Of a stretch of DNA of 64,000 nucleotides, positions 32,051-40,763 are shown one piece after another. The notes under the pieces are model-generated. The model worked only from the letters and a program-made list of their open reading frames with translations. It ran no database searches and was not told the DNA's origin. Every line of letters begins with the position of its first letter. Positions within the stretch are counted from its first letter, which is position 1. The stretch is from a virus. Lineage: Duplodnaviria > Caudoviricetes. The position numbers and the translations under genes were made by a program. The stretch lies in IMG/VR virus record IMGVR_UViG_3300028559_000038, positions 1,688 through 65,687 of that record. One strand, written 5' to 3'.

Positions 32051-33385
32051 TTATCTAAATAGATCGGCTGTTTTGAGGAAACGACCGCCCCATAGGGATT
32101 TTTCAACCATTTCAGGCTGATTCTGAATAATCTCTCCGAGATCTCCAGATTTTCGGAATGCTGTATCTGCCTCAACGGCGTTTACTCGCTTTCCAAATTC
32201 ATTGAATGCATCTTTTGTTGCAATTGCATCTTGTGCGACTGCATCAATTGATTTTGTGATTGTATTAACCTGCTCTTGTAGAGACTTAACGGTTGCAACT
32301 AGATCGCTAAAGGCTGATGTTAAAGTATTGTTGATTTCAGTAACTGCTTCTGCAATTACCTTATCAGATTTAGATACCTCTTCAGTCTTTTCTGGTGTTG
32401 CCACTGACTCAGACTTTGTAACCTCTTCTACTTTAACATCTTCTGTTTTAGTAATTTCAGAAACTTCATTCTGTTCTGTTGTTGCAACTTCTGCCACTGT
32501 AATATCTTCTGATTTTTCAGTTTCAGCAGTTTCGACTATGGCTTCTACCTGAGGAGCGACCTGAATATCTTCAACAACAACATCTGAATTCTTAACGATT
32601 TCTTCTGTTGTATTTTTTGTTGTTTTTGACATAGGATTTTCCTCCTTATTCATCTTAGAAGTGTTTGTGCCTTTAGCACTTGCTACTAAGAACTTTATCA
32701 TTTTTGTTTTCTCGTTGTCTGTTTTTTCAACGAAACCTATATTTTCCATTTGTATTCCATCAGTTGGACTTAACTCTGATTCATTTTGTGACAACATCAC
32801 AACACCTGAATTCTTATCCCAAAATACATTTTCAATTACTGTGTCTGCACCCTTAACAACATTTACTCCGTCTACTTTTTCTACTGAAATTATATTTGCA
32901 AATTGATTTGCTGGGCTATCAACTAAAGATAATTCTACTAAATCATAATCTTTAATAACTCTAATTGTTTTATCTACTTTTTCATTATAGGCATCGTCCC
33001 ACTCGTTCATTCTCCCGCCAATAGAAAAACCAGTATATGTTCCGTCTAAAACTTTTTCCCAAGCGTCCTGCGCACCTTTTGAAATGTAGGCAGAAACAAC
33101 AACTCCATTGTACATTTTTTCTGAACTCTCATCATAATATTTATCTTCTTTGAATGAAACCATTTTGCCAACTGCAGATGGTTGATGCATCTCACGAATA
33201 TTTCCACGAAATTTTTTAAATGCCTTTAAACTTGCTTCAGTTGTAACAATGTCATCTTGCTTATCTACGTTGTCAAGAGTTGCAAAACCAGAAACAGTTC
33301 GTCTTTCTTTATCTACCTTATTGAAAGGCATTGATAATCTAAGATTTTCGCCCTCTGCGTTCCACTGGGCTTTTGATATAATCAT
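32051..33385 (-). CDS. HK97-type prohead protease fused to an acidic scaffold domain
   Basis: REMH, GFSIGG, ELSLVDSPAN; Glu/Thr/Val-rich C-half. Confidence 0.88.
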   Translation of the reverse strand: MIISKAQWNAEGENLRLSMPFNKVDKERRTVSGFATLDNVDKQDDIVTTEASLKAFKKFRGNIREMHQPSAVGKMVSFKEDKYYDESSEKMYNGVVVSAYISKGAQDAWEKVLDGTYTGFSIGGRMNEWDDAYNEKVDKTIRVIKDYDLVELSLVDSPANQFANIISVEKVDGVNVVKGADTVIENVFWDKNSGVVMLSQNESELSPTDGIQMENIGFVEKTDNEKTKMIKFLVASAKGTNTSKMNKEENPMSKTTKNTTEEIVKNSDVVVEDIQVAPQVEAIVETAETEKSEDITVAEVATTEQNEVSEITKTEDVKVEEVTKSESVATPEKTEEVSKSDKVIAEAVTEINNTLTSAFSDLVATVKSLQEQVNTITKSIDAVAQDAIATKDAFNEFGKRVNAVEADTAFRKSGDLGEIIQNQPEMVEKSLWGGRFLKTADLFR

Positions 33386-33425
33386 ACTAGTATATATTAT
33401 AGTGCAATTTTTTACACTATCTCAC

Positions 33426-35015
33426 TTATTGAGACGATCTTCCTTCGCCCTTGGGGTTTCTTCCAGAAACTGTTGCTGCACCATCGGATTGATTGTTTGA
33501 TCGTTCTGAATCTCTTTGTCTATTGGCTGTTTCATTTGCTACGTCTTGTGGCTTTAATTGAAAAGGCTCATCACCATATGAAACTTGTGGTAATCCAAGT
33601 TGTTGCCTTGCTTCATTGGGAAGCATGACCTGTGTTTTTACGTACCTCTCTAATATTTGAGACTGAGTAATTTCATCTGTTAAAGTGAGTTCGTTAAACC
33701 TAAACTCTAAAATATCAGTCTTTTCACGAATAATTTTATTAATCATTTTTTCTATTTGTCTTTGGGCTGGTCTTGCCACCTGCTCTTTAAACGTCCTATC
33801 TTGTGACAAAGCAGCAGCCAAAGATGAAGCATCGTTCCCACCAAGTTTAGATATTGGCACTTGATGTGCTATTAAGATATCATCACGATTTTGTTTTCTA
33901 TACTCTTTAAATGATCCATCTTGAATTCCGTTTTCAATTGGCTCCATTTTAAATTCAACTTTATTTCCATCAGAGTCGCCAGGAAGAGGAATGTATAGTG
34001 TTCTGTGAGACTGACCTTTTAGACTGGTTTGCAAAAATCTAAACATTTTATCTTCAGCGTCTGAAGAAAGTTTTGCTCCTTTTAAAGTTACAACATATCT
34101 TGGCACAGCCTTGTTTGAAAAATAATCAATATTGTATTGAGATGCTAATTGATCTCCATGTAAAGAAGATATTGCAGAAATAATGTCTGGTACACCATAA
34201 AAAGTATTTAACGGAGAGTATTGTTTCAACTGAATGATTTCGTTTGGCCTGCTATCTGATGTTATTGGATTTGGATTTGTTGCTCCAAAATTTCTAAAAT
34301 AAACAACCTTGTTTGCAATAATTTGAACAAAGCCGTCACGCAGACGCCTTACACGCATTGTGGTTGCGGGAATGTGCCCTACATATCCTATTTCCCCCCT
34401 TATAGTTCTTCCAATTTCTATGTAACCGTTTCCAGTTGCCTGAACGTCTGTATATACTTTTTCCATCGTAGATGTAAAAGAATCTTCGTTGTTTAAATTT
34501 TCTAACCAATCAGTTAGTTCAATTTTTGATCTTTCAATTCTTCCTCTTGCTCTTTCTGTTGCTTCTTTATCTGCAGAGGCTTCTAATTTAAGAGTTGTTC
34601 TTGGAGATATTTGAAATTTATATCCTAGCCCAACAATGTTTTCTACTTTTGCATCAATTGCTGCATGATTTGCAAACGAAGTGTCATAATAATTGGCTAA
34701 CTCATAAACGTTCCATGGCGGAGTTATAACATCAAACAAACCATAAGCATTTCTATATAGTGTGCCTGGATTTATTTCTTTTGATTGTGCCCCATCTTTT
34801 CCAGAACTAACAGCATTAGCACTACTTAAATATGTTGGAGAGGCTTCAACTTTTGACATTCTAGAAGCACGTCTTTTAAAATTATTATCTAGTCCAGATA
34901 AATTTTTTAACTCTTCCCAAGATTGATCGAATGCGTCGCTTTTTTTAAATTGACTATCTGTATCTTGTAGGTCATCAATTCTTGCTCCGACCCTATATTC
35001 TATTTCTTCACTCAT
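33426..35015 (-). CDS. portal protein
   Basis: TGNGYIEI, FYGVP, YFSNKAVP, AHQVP, PNEARQQLGL. Confidence 0.9.
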   Translation of the reverse strand: MSEEIEYRVGARIDDLQDTDSQFKKSDAFDQSWEELKNLSGLDNNFKRRASRMSKVEASPTYLSSANAVSSGKDGAQSKEINPGTLYRNAYGLFDVITPPWNVYELANYYDTSFANHAAIDAKVENIVGLGYKFQISPRTTLKLEASADKEATERARGRIERSKIELTDWLENLNNEDSFTSTMEKVYTDVQATGNGYIEIGRTIRGEIGYVGHIPATTMRVRRLRDGFVQIIANKVVYFRNFGATNPNPITSDSRPNEIIQLKQYSPLNTFYGVPDIISAISSLHGDQLASQYNIDYFSNKAVPRYVVTLKGAKLSSDAEDKMFRFLQTSLKGQSHRTLYIPLPGDSDGNKVEFKMEPIENGIQDGSFKEYRKQNRDDILIAHQVPISKLGGNDASSLAAALSQDRTFKEQVARPAQRQIEKMINKIIREKTDILEFRFNELTLTDEITQSQILERYVKTQVMLPNEARQQLGLPQVSYGDEPFQLKPQDVANETANRQRDSERSNNQSDGAATVSGRNPKGEGRSSQ

Positions 35016-35425
35016 TAGTCTTCAGATCCCCACTTTTTTACTGTTTGCTGTGCAGCATGCACCGCTCCCAAATCGTTCATATTTGGAATCAAACCTTCAG
35101 ACATCCTCTGTTTTTGTTCAGAGTATTCTTCTTCGGACACACGATTAAGACCAGGGACAAACACACAAGTTCCATCACCATCATCTCCATAATACTTGGC
35201 TGCTTGTTTTAATTCTGAAATCTTAGCGATGTCGCCCTTCATAGATTGAATGTTTAGCACAGAGCCAGTACCGTCTGTAAACCATTTACCATTAGATCTT
35301 TTATAAACATAAAGTCCCCAATCGTACATCTTATCTATTACTTTGATGCGTGATTCTCCAACTTGCCCCTTCATTTTGGGCAAACTTTTTCTTTTTTTGT
35401 TGCTTTTTGCAGAATCCATAACCAT
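35015..35425 (-). CDS. hypothetical protein coupled to the portal gene
   Basis: TAATG overlap with the portal start. Confidence 0.65.
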   Translation of the reverse strand: MVMDSAKSNKKRKSLPKMKGQVGESRIKVIDKMYDWGLYVYKRSNGKWFTDGTGSVLNIQSMKGDIAKISELKQAAKYYGDDGDGTCVFVPGLNRVSEEEYSEQKQRMSEGLIPNMNDLGAVHAAQQTVKKWGSED

Positions 35426-35437
35426 CAGTATACCATA

Positions 35438-38400
35438 TTAGACTGGAGACTTGACCTCTAATTGCCACGAAGTGTCCGAATATACTTTAACAGAATCTAG
35501 CGTAAAGTTTAAACTTACATCGGTATTTTCATTTATGGTTGTTTTGTTTCTTCCAATATAGGCCTTATATACAACGGATGGGTCAATTCCATAAAGTTCG
35601 GATGTTGATAAAACTAAAACCCCATTCCAGTTATAAGACTGAAGCCAATATGACCAAAATAAATCAATTCCTTCACTATTTTTTACTTTTAGCCAAGGCC
35701 TAAAAATTTTTGATTGTATTTCTTGTAATGAAGTAGATTGATAATTAGTAATATTGTTATAAACAAACGGACCATTTAAATTAATGCTTCCTGAAAAATT
35801 ATTAAAGTCTAAACTGTTAGCAAAGGATACACCCAAAACTGCCCACTCCATAACATCAATAATTGGCTCTCTTACTATGTTTCCATTTATATAAAATGCC
35901 AACCCATTGACTTCTTGTTTATTTGATTTGTTTACTGCAAAAATTTTACCTCTTTTTCCGTTTCCATCTGTTGCGGATATAAAAAATTCAATTATATCCC
36001 CCTTATGCTCTATTTCAAAAACCTGAGTGGCTCCATAGGAAAATTTTTCCAAGTTATATCTAACCCACATTTGCAATGCAGACATCTTATAATTAGAAGA
36101 ATTATTTTGATTTATTGGAACCCTAACACCCCTGCTAACGAAAGGATTAAAGTTTCCTCTAATTTCTATACCACTTTTTTTAGTTGAATACAAATAGGGC
36201 ACGCTCTCTTTGTATATACTAATTGGATTTTTTGATTTATAATCAAAATATATCCCTGTTTTCCTATAGGGATAAATTAAAGTTCCAAATCTTGTTCCTA
36301 TTTGTTTCGAGGAAGAATTATCTAGGGCTTGAGATGCAAACTCCATCTTCTTTAATGTTAAATCATAGTTCTTCGTTCCTTTTATATCAAAAACAAGGTG
36401 AGTAACGATAGCAAATTTATTAAAGTCAACACCTGATGGAGGATATATAATAGTATTATCTACAACCTCAAATGCAATATTTTGCCAATCATTGAAATTT
36501 GAAACGTTTAATATTTTATTGTTGCTAACTGTTTGCCTTTGTGAAAAAGTTTTTAAATTTTTGTTTGCTCCAGAATCTATACTTTGAAAAGTAATGTAAC
36601 TTCTAACAAATGAACCTTCTGTATTATAATAATAATTTTTTATCGATTTTTGATCTATATCTTGATAATCTTGCCAACCAGAAAACAAAGAATTGTCTAG
36701 TTGAGAGTATGATCTTTGTACCGTATGATCGTAACTTAAATCTAAACTTTCGTAGTCCCAATTAGACACTGTTTCTGAAAACAATAAAGATGTTGGGGCT
36801 GGATAGTCTATATTAAATTGAATAAAATCTAAATCATATACTTTGTCTCCATTAGAGTTGTTTACATAGGATGCAAAGTATGACAATGGTAAATAATCTT
36901 CCCAGTACCCATAAGAGTCAATATCCAAGTAGTAATTGTCGTAATTTAAAACTCCCTTAAGGGTGTAGGTTGATGTATGACTTAGAAGGTTTGCAACTTT
37001 GCTACTATCACAAAGGCCGTTGTTTAAAAAATTATCAGAAATTAAACTAACATTATATCTACTGCAAATGTCAAATTTATAAAATTTGCCTAAAAAATTT
37101 TCTAAACCATTTTGATTTGCTCCAAGATTTATTTTTAAAGAATTTGTTTTATCAAAAAATGATGATAGATTTAAACCAAAATATTCTGAAATAACTGAAA
37201 GTGTAAAGCCAGCAGAAAAATATGTATCCAGCGGGATTGAACTTATTGATGTTAGAGTTGTGACCTCTTGATTATAACTAAAATGATAACTTAAAGAAGT
37301 GCCGTTTAGAGTTACTTTAAAGTAATCGCTGCTATTTATGTCATATATTGTAAAAAGTGTTTGGTTTTGATTTATAGATTCATCAATTTTAAATACTGTA
37401 AAAATACCGCCAACTTTTTCAGCATTTAAAGTAAAGTTATCAAAGTATGCATAAGTTTTTTTGTTGTTCCAAGTCGAGTTTGGCCTAAATGTAAAATAAC
37501 AGACATCTTCGTCTTGAACTGCTTGATTGTCAGTAAAAAAATTACTTTCTGTTTTATCTTCAAGAAATAAAACTGGTAAGTCATGTTTAACTATAGATAA
37601 GTTTTTTTCTGTTGTTTTCATATTATCATTTGTTGCTTGATCCCAAGTCCCAATATTTGGATATGTATAGTTTGCCGTATATTCTGAGTATGGGTAGTCA
37701 ATGTAAACGGATGATGCTCCGTAAGATGAATTAACAACCTCTGGAGAAAAAACTCCTTGTCCAGTTACCCATCTAATTTTAGAAACAACATCTGGAACTA
37801 AGTATGAATAAATGGCCAAACAATCTATTTCGTATGCAGCAATATCTTCGTTTGAATAAAATCCAAGCCAATCTAGTTCTTTGTTACTGTTATTAAACTC
37901 TGAAGGAAAATTTATATTCTCTAAGTGTGGGCTTAAATTTATGACTTGCTCACCATTAATAGATAAAGAAGCACTTGTTTGCGTTGTTTTAATTTGTATA
38001 AGCATTGGCCTATACCACTCTCCAACATAATGAGATCCAAAATATTCTCCAACAACTAAACTAATAAAACCATCTTTAATATATATTCCGTCTGTTGAAC
38101 CAATTGGACCAAAAATTCTAAAATTATCTACAGAATTACAATCAATCCTTAACCACATCTCGACTGTATATTGTTTATATTTTCCGGTTTCATTTAAAAA
38201 TCCAAAACCAGAAATAATAAATGATGGATTGTTTTCATTTGGAATAATTTTTGTTATACTATCCGAGCCATAAACCATTGGTACGCTTGTATTTTTTGCA
38301 AGCAAACGATTATTTTTTATTAAATAGTATCCATTGCTCAATCCTGGAATATAAGAATTTGCAACACATACCTGATCAACTCCAGAAATAGCAATTGTGC

Positions 38401-39028
38401 TGGGAAAAGTTTGAACTTCTGCCCCCAAAGAAATAGTATTAAAGTTTTCAGACTCTTGCCCAACTGTAAATCCGTTTGTGAATATTTTATAACTTTCTGT
38501 AGATGCTGCCCCACCTTCAAATTCAACTTTAATTAAAGGTCTAAAGGATGTGCTTTGATTTGGAAAAGTTGACGTGTGAGAAAGAAAAATCCATTTTTGA
38601 GAAATATTAGTTTCGTATTTTTTTATTTTTTCTATTGTTTCCCCTGAAGATGTATCATTATATTCAAACCCAATAGATACTGATTTTATGTAAGCACTTT
38701 CAGTGTAAAAATAACAACCAGAAGTTAGTGTTGCAGAATACTGATTTAAATCTTCTAAATTTTCTAAATTTGGACCAACAAATTTTATTTCTTTTGAACT
38801 TGACAAAAAGTCGTCAAATTCTATTTCATTTAAAAAATTTAAAAAAAATGGTTGATTTATTTTTTCTGTACTTACTGTCACCTGTGAATCTAAAAACTGC
38901 CAAGTGCTTAAATTTCTTTGCGAGTTAGAAATTAACGAAAGATAATTGACGTCATCATCCAAAGACCACAGTCCAACTGGATGATCTGAAAATACTTTTT
39001 CTGCATAAAGATTAGATTGAATAGACAT
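35438..39028 (-). CDS. large virion structural protein with LamG/concanavalin-like domains
   Basis: DHPVGLWSLDD, YTVEMWLR, IDCLAIY; 1196 aa, beta-rich. Confidence 0.6.
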   Translation of the reverse strand: MSIQSNLYAEKVFSDHPVGLWSLDDDVNYLSLISNSQRNLSTWQFLDSQVTVSTEKINQPFFLNFLNEIEFDDFLSSSKEIKFVGPNLENLEDLNQYSATLTSGCYFYTESAYIKSVSIGFEYNDTSSGETIEKIKKYETNISQKWIFLSHTSTFPNQSTSFRPLIKVEFEGGAASTESYKIFTNGFTVGQESENFNTISLGAEVQTFPSTIAISGVDQVCVANSYIPGLSNGYYLIKNNRLLAKNTSVPMVYGSDSITKIIPNENNPSFIISGFGFLNETGKYKQYTVEMWLRIDCNSVDNFRIFGPIGSTDGIYIKDGFISLVVGEYFGSHYVGEWYRPMLIQIKTTQTSASLSINGEQVINLSPHLENINFPSEFNNSNKELDWLGFYSNEDIAAYEIDCLAIYSYLVPDVVSKIRWVTGQGVFSPEVVNSSYGASSVYIDYPYSEYTANYTYPNIGTWDQATNDNMKTTEKNLSIVKHDLPVLFLEDKTESNFFTDNQAVQDEDVCYFTFRPNSTWNNKKTYAYFDNFTLNAEKVGGIFTVFKIDESINQNQTLFTIYDINSSDYFKVTLNGTSLSYHFSYNQEVTTLTSISSIPLDTYFSAGFTLSVISEYFGLNLSSFFDKTNSLKINLGANQNGLENFLGKFYKFDICSRYNVSLISDNFLNNGLCDSSKVANLLSHTSTYTLKGVLNYDNYYLDIDSYGYWEDYLPLSYFASYVNNSNGDKVYDLDFIQFNIDYPAPTSLLFSETVSNWDYESLDLSYDHTVQRSYSQLDNSLFSGWQDYQDIDQKSIKNYYYNTEGSFVRSYITFQSIDSGANKNLKTFSQRQTVSNNKILNVSNFNDWQNIAFEVVDNTIIYPPSGVDFNKFAIVTHLVFDIKGTKNYDLTLKKMEFASQALDNSSSKQIGTRFGTLIYPYRKTGIYFDYKSKNPISIYKESVPYLYSTKKSGIEIRGNFNPFVSRGVRVPINQNNSSNYKMSALQMWVRYNLEKFSYGATQVFEIEHKGDIIEFFISATDGNGKRGKIFAVNKSNKQEVNGLAFYINGNIVREPIIDVMEWAVLGVSFANSLDFNNFSGSINLNGPFVYNNITNYQSTSLQEIQSKIFRPWLKVKNSEGIDLFWSYWLQSYNWNGVLVLSTSELYGIDPSVVYKAYIGRNKTTINENTDVSLNFTLDSVKVYSDTSWQLEVKSPV

Positions 39029-39048
39029 TATTAGTCTATTTTATCACA

Positions 39049-39663
39049 TTACTTAGTTTCCCCAAAGGGATCTCCCCAGTAAATATCTTCATACTTTAAA
39101 CCAGGGTATGGAGATTGGCCAACAGGAGCGTTCCAAAAATCAGAAAGAAAAAGATTGCCCTCTTCTATTAATGTAAATTCTCTTTGAAATTCTTCTGTTT
39201 CTGGAAAAATTATACAATCCCCAGCAATTAAATTTTTTGCTATTTTATAGTTTTTAAATTTAAAAACTCCGCCTTTATGGTTATCGCTCCACTTAACTAT
39301 AGACCTAAAAACATTTTTTGGTCTATCTGTTGAGAATTGCATTTCAATTTTTTTACCGCTGTGAGTTTTAGTTATGTAACTTTTCCCAAGAATTGGAGGA
39401 TCATAGAATATTTTAGTTTGATTGCTGACGGCTTTTTGAATTTCAAAGACATATTTTTCAAATATTGATACAACTTCTTTGGGCATGTCTCCATATGTTG
39501 TAATGTCAAAATTAATTTGATCTTGACTAAATAGTGGGTCGTGGAGTGGGATGTGATCTTCTTTTGTATTAAATTTTACAGAATTAATAAATTCATCAAT
39601 TAACTTTAAATCTTCTTTTGTAGCAACATTAATTATTTGATATGTCATGTTCTTGGAATCCAT
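39049..39663 (-). CDS. degenerate 2OG-Fe(II) oxygenase-fold protein
   Basis: SIVKWSDNHKGGVFKF...GDCIIFP...EEG resembles the P4H fold, but no metal-binding His is visible. Confidence 0.5.
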   Translation of the reverse strand: MDSKNMTYQIINVATKEDLKLIDEFINSVKFNTKEDHIPLHDPLFSQDQINFDITTYGDMPKEVVSIFEKYVFEIQKAVSNQTKIFYDPPILGKSYITKTHSGKKIEMQFSTDRPKNVFRSIVKWSDNHKGGVFKFKNYKIAKNLIAGDCIIFPETEEFQREFTLIEEGNLFLSDFWNAPVGQSPYPGLKYEDIYWGDPFGETK

Positions 39664-40139
39664 AATTTTTCGTTTCCTTTGCTGTGATACCTTGCCATAA
39701 CAAATAATAAATCTGAAAGCCTATTTAAATATTTAGCAATATTTATATTGATTCCTTCTAGTTTCCAAACCTGGCGCTCTGCTCTTCTAACAATAGTTCT
39801 AGCGTTGTGTAGTGGTCCTGTAGGCAATATAAAAGAATGAAGTGGTTCTAGATATTCATTATAATCGTCTATAACATTTTCTAAATAAACAATTCTTTCT
39901 TCAGATATAGTTATTGTTGGTGCTCCTGCAAGTTCTGCTCCTAAATCAAAAAGGTCACTTTGAATTCTATCCATAATGTCATTATGATATTCTATAGCCA
40001 TTCCTATAGCAGAATTTGCTTCATCTACCGCACCAATAGCCTCTATTAAATCGCTACTTTTATTTATTCTTTCGTTAGTAGCAGTTGATGTTTTTCCATC
40101 ATCGCCAGTTTTTGTGTAAATACGAGTTAAATGAACCAT
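39645..40139 (-). CDS. pduO: ATP:cob(I)alamin adenosyltransferase (PduO type)
   Basis: IYTKTGDDGKT, GAVDEANS, QSDLFDLGAELA, RTIVRRAER, YLNRLSDLLFVMAR. Confidence 0.93.
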   Translation of the reverse strand: MVHLTRIYTKTGDDGKTSTATNERINKSSDLIEAIGAVDEANSAIGMAIEYHNDIMDRIQSDLFDLGAELAGAPTITISEERIVYLENVIDDYNEYLEPLHSFILPTGPLHNARTIVRRAERQVWKLEGININIAKYLNRLSDLLFVMARYHSKGNEKLWIPRT

Positions 40140-40303
40140 TAGTGCCCCGTCAATGATCTCCAGATATCAATAGTAATATTATTTGCTAAATATAAACAAA
40201 TTAAATTTAATGATAACTGAACCATATATCCTAGTATTGCATTTTTCTTTTTTTGTATAGGAAACTCTATAACATTATTAAACTCTTTTTGTGCTAGTTT
40301 CAT
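40139..40303 (-). CDS. 54-aa single-pass membrane protein (not in ORF track)
   Basis: MKLAQKEFNNVIEFPIQKKKNAILGYMVQLSLNLICLYLANNITIDIWRSLTGH; ATGA and TAATG overlaps with both neighbours. Confidence 0.7.
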   Translation of the reverse strand: MKLAQKEFNNVIEFPIQKKKNAILGYMVQLSLNLICLYLANNITIDIWRSLTGH

Positions 40304-40755
40304 GGAAACTTAATCTCTCCATTATCTGAAAATACCAAACCAATAGAGTCACCAGGATTTAACTGTTGTTGATCTATGGCTAGTTGACCCCAACCCCATT
40401 CTTTTCTAGGAAAAGGAATAGTCTGTTTTTCTTTAATAATAACCGCCCAATATGCTTTTTCTGATGGCATAGTTTCACAAGATTCTAATTTTGCATCTGG
40501 CAAACCATTTACTCTACAAACAACAGATAGCCCATATTTTTTTGTTCCTTCAATTTCAAGATTGGCCATTTTTAAAACATCTAGGGCAATTGTTTTACCT
40601 GTCACATCTATACATTTCGTTAACTTTGCATTATTATCTAAAACTGTATAATCAATATATAAGTTAATACATTTAGACTCTTCTTTATTTATTAAAGACA
40701 AGCCTAAAAATACTAATATAAAAATTGTTATAGATGCCCATATTCTTTTGATCAT
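40300..40755 (-). CDS. membrane-anchored transcobalamin-C-terminal/DUF4430-like protein, putative B12 binder
   Basis: N-terminal TM/signal; TIALDVL...VVCRVNG...AYWA...W...LNPGDSIGLVF beta-grasp pattern; lies between nrdJ and pduO. Confidence 0.6.
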   Translation of the reverse strand: MIKRIWASITIFILVFLGLSLINKEESKCINLYIDYTVLDNNAKLTKCIDVTGKTIALDVLKMANLEIEGTKKYGLSVVCRVNGLPDAKLESCETMPSEKAYWAVIIKEKQTIPFPRKEWGWGQLAIDQQQLNPGDSIGLVFSDNGEIKFP

Positions 40756-40763
40756 TATTCTCC

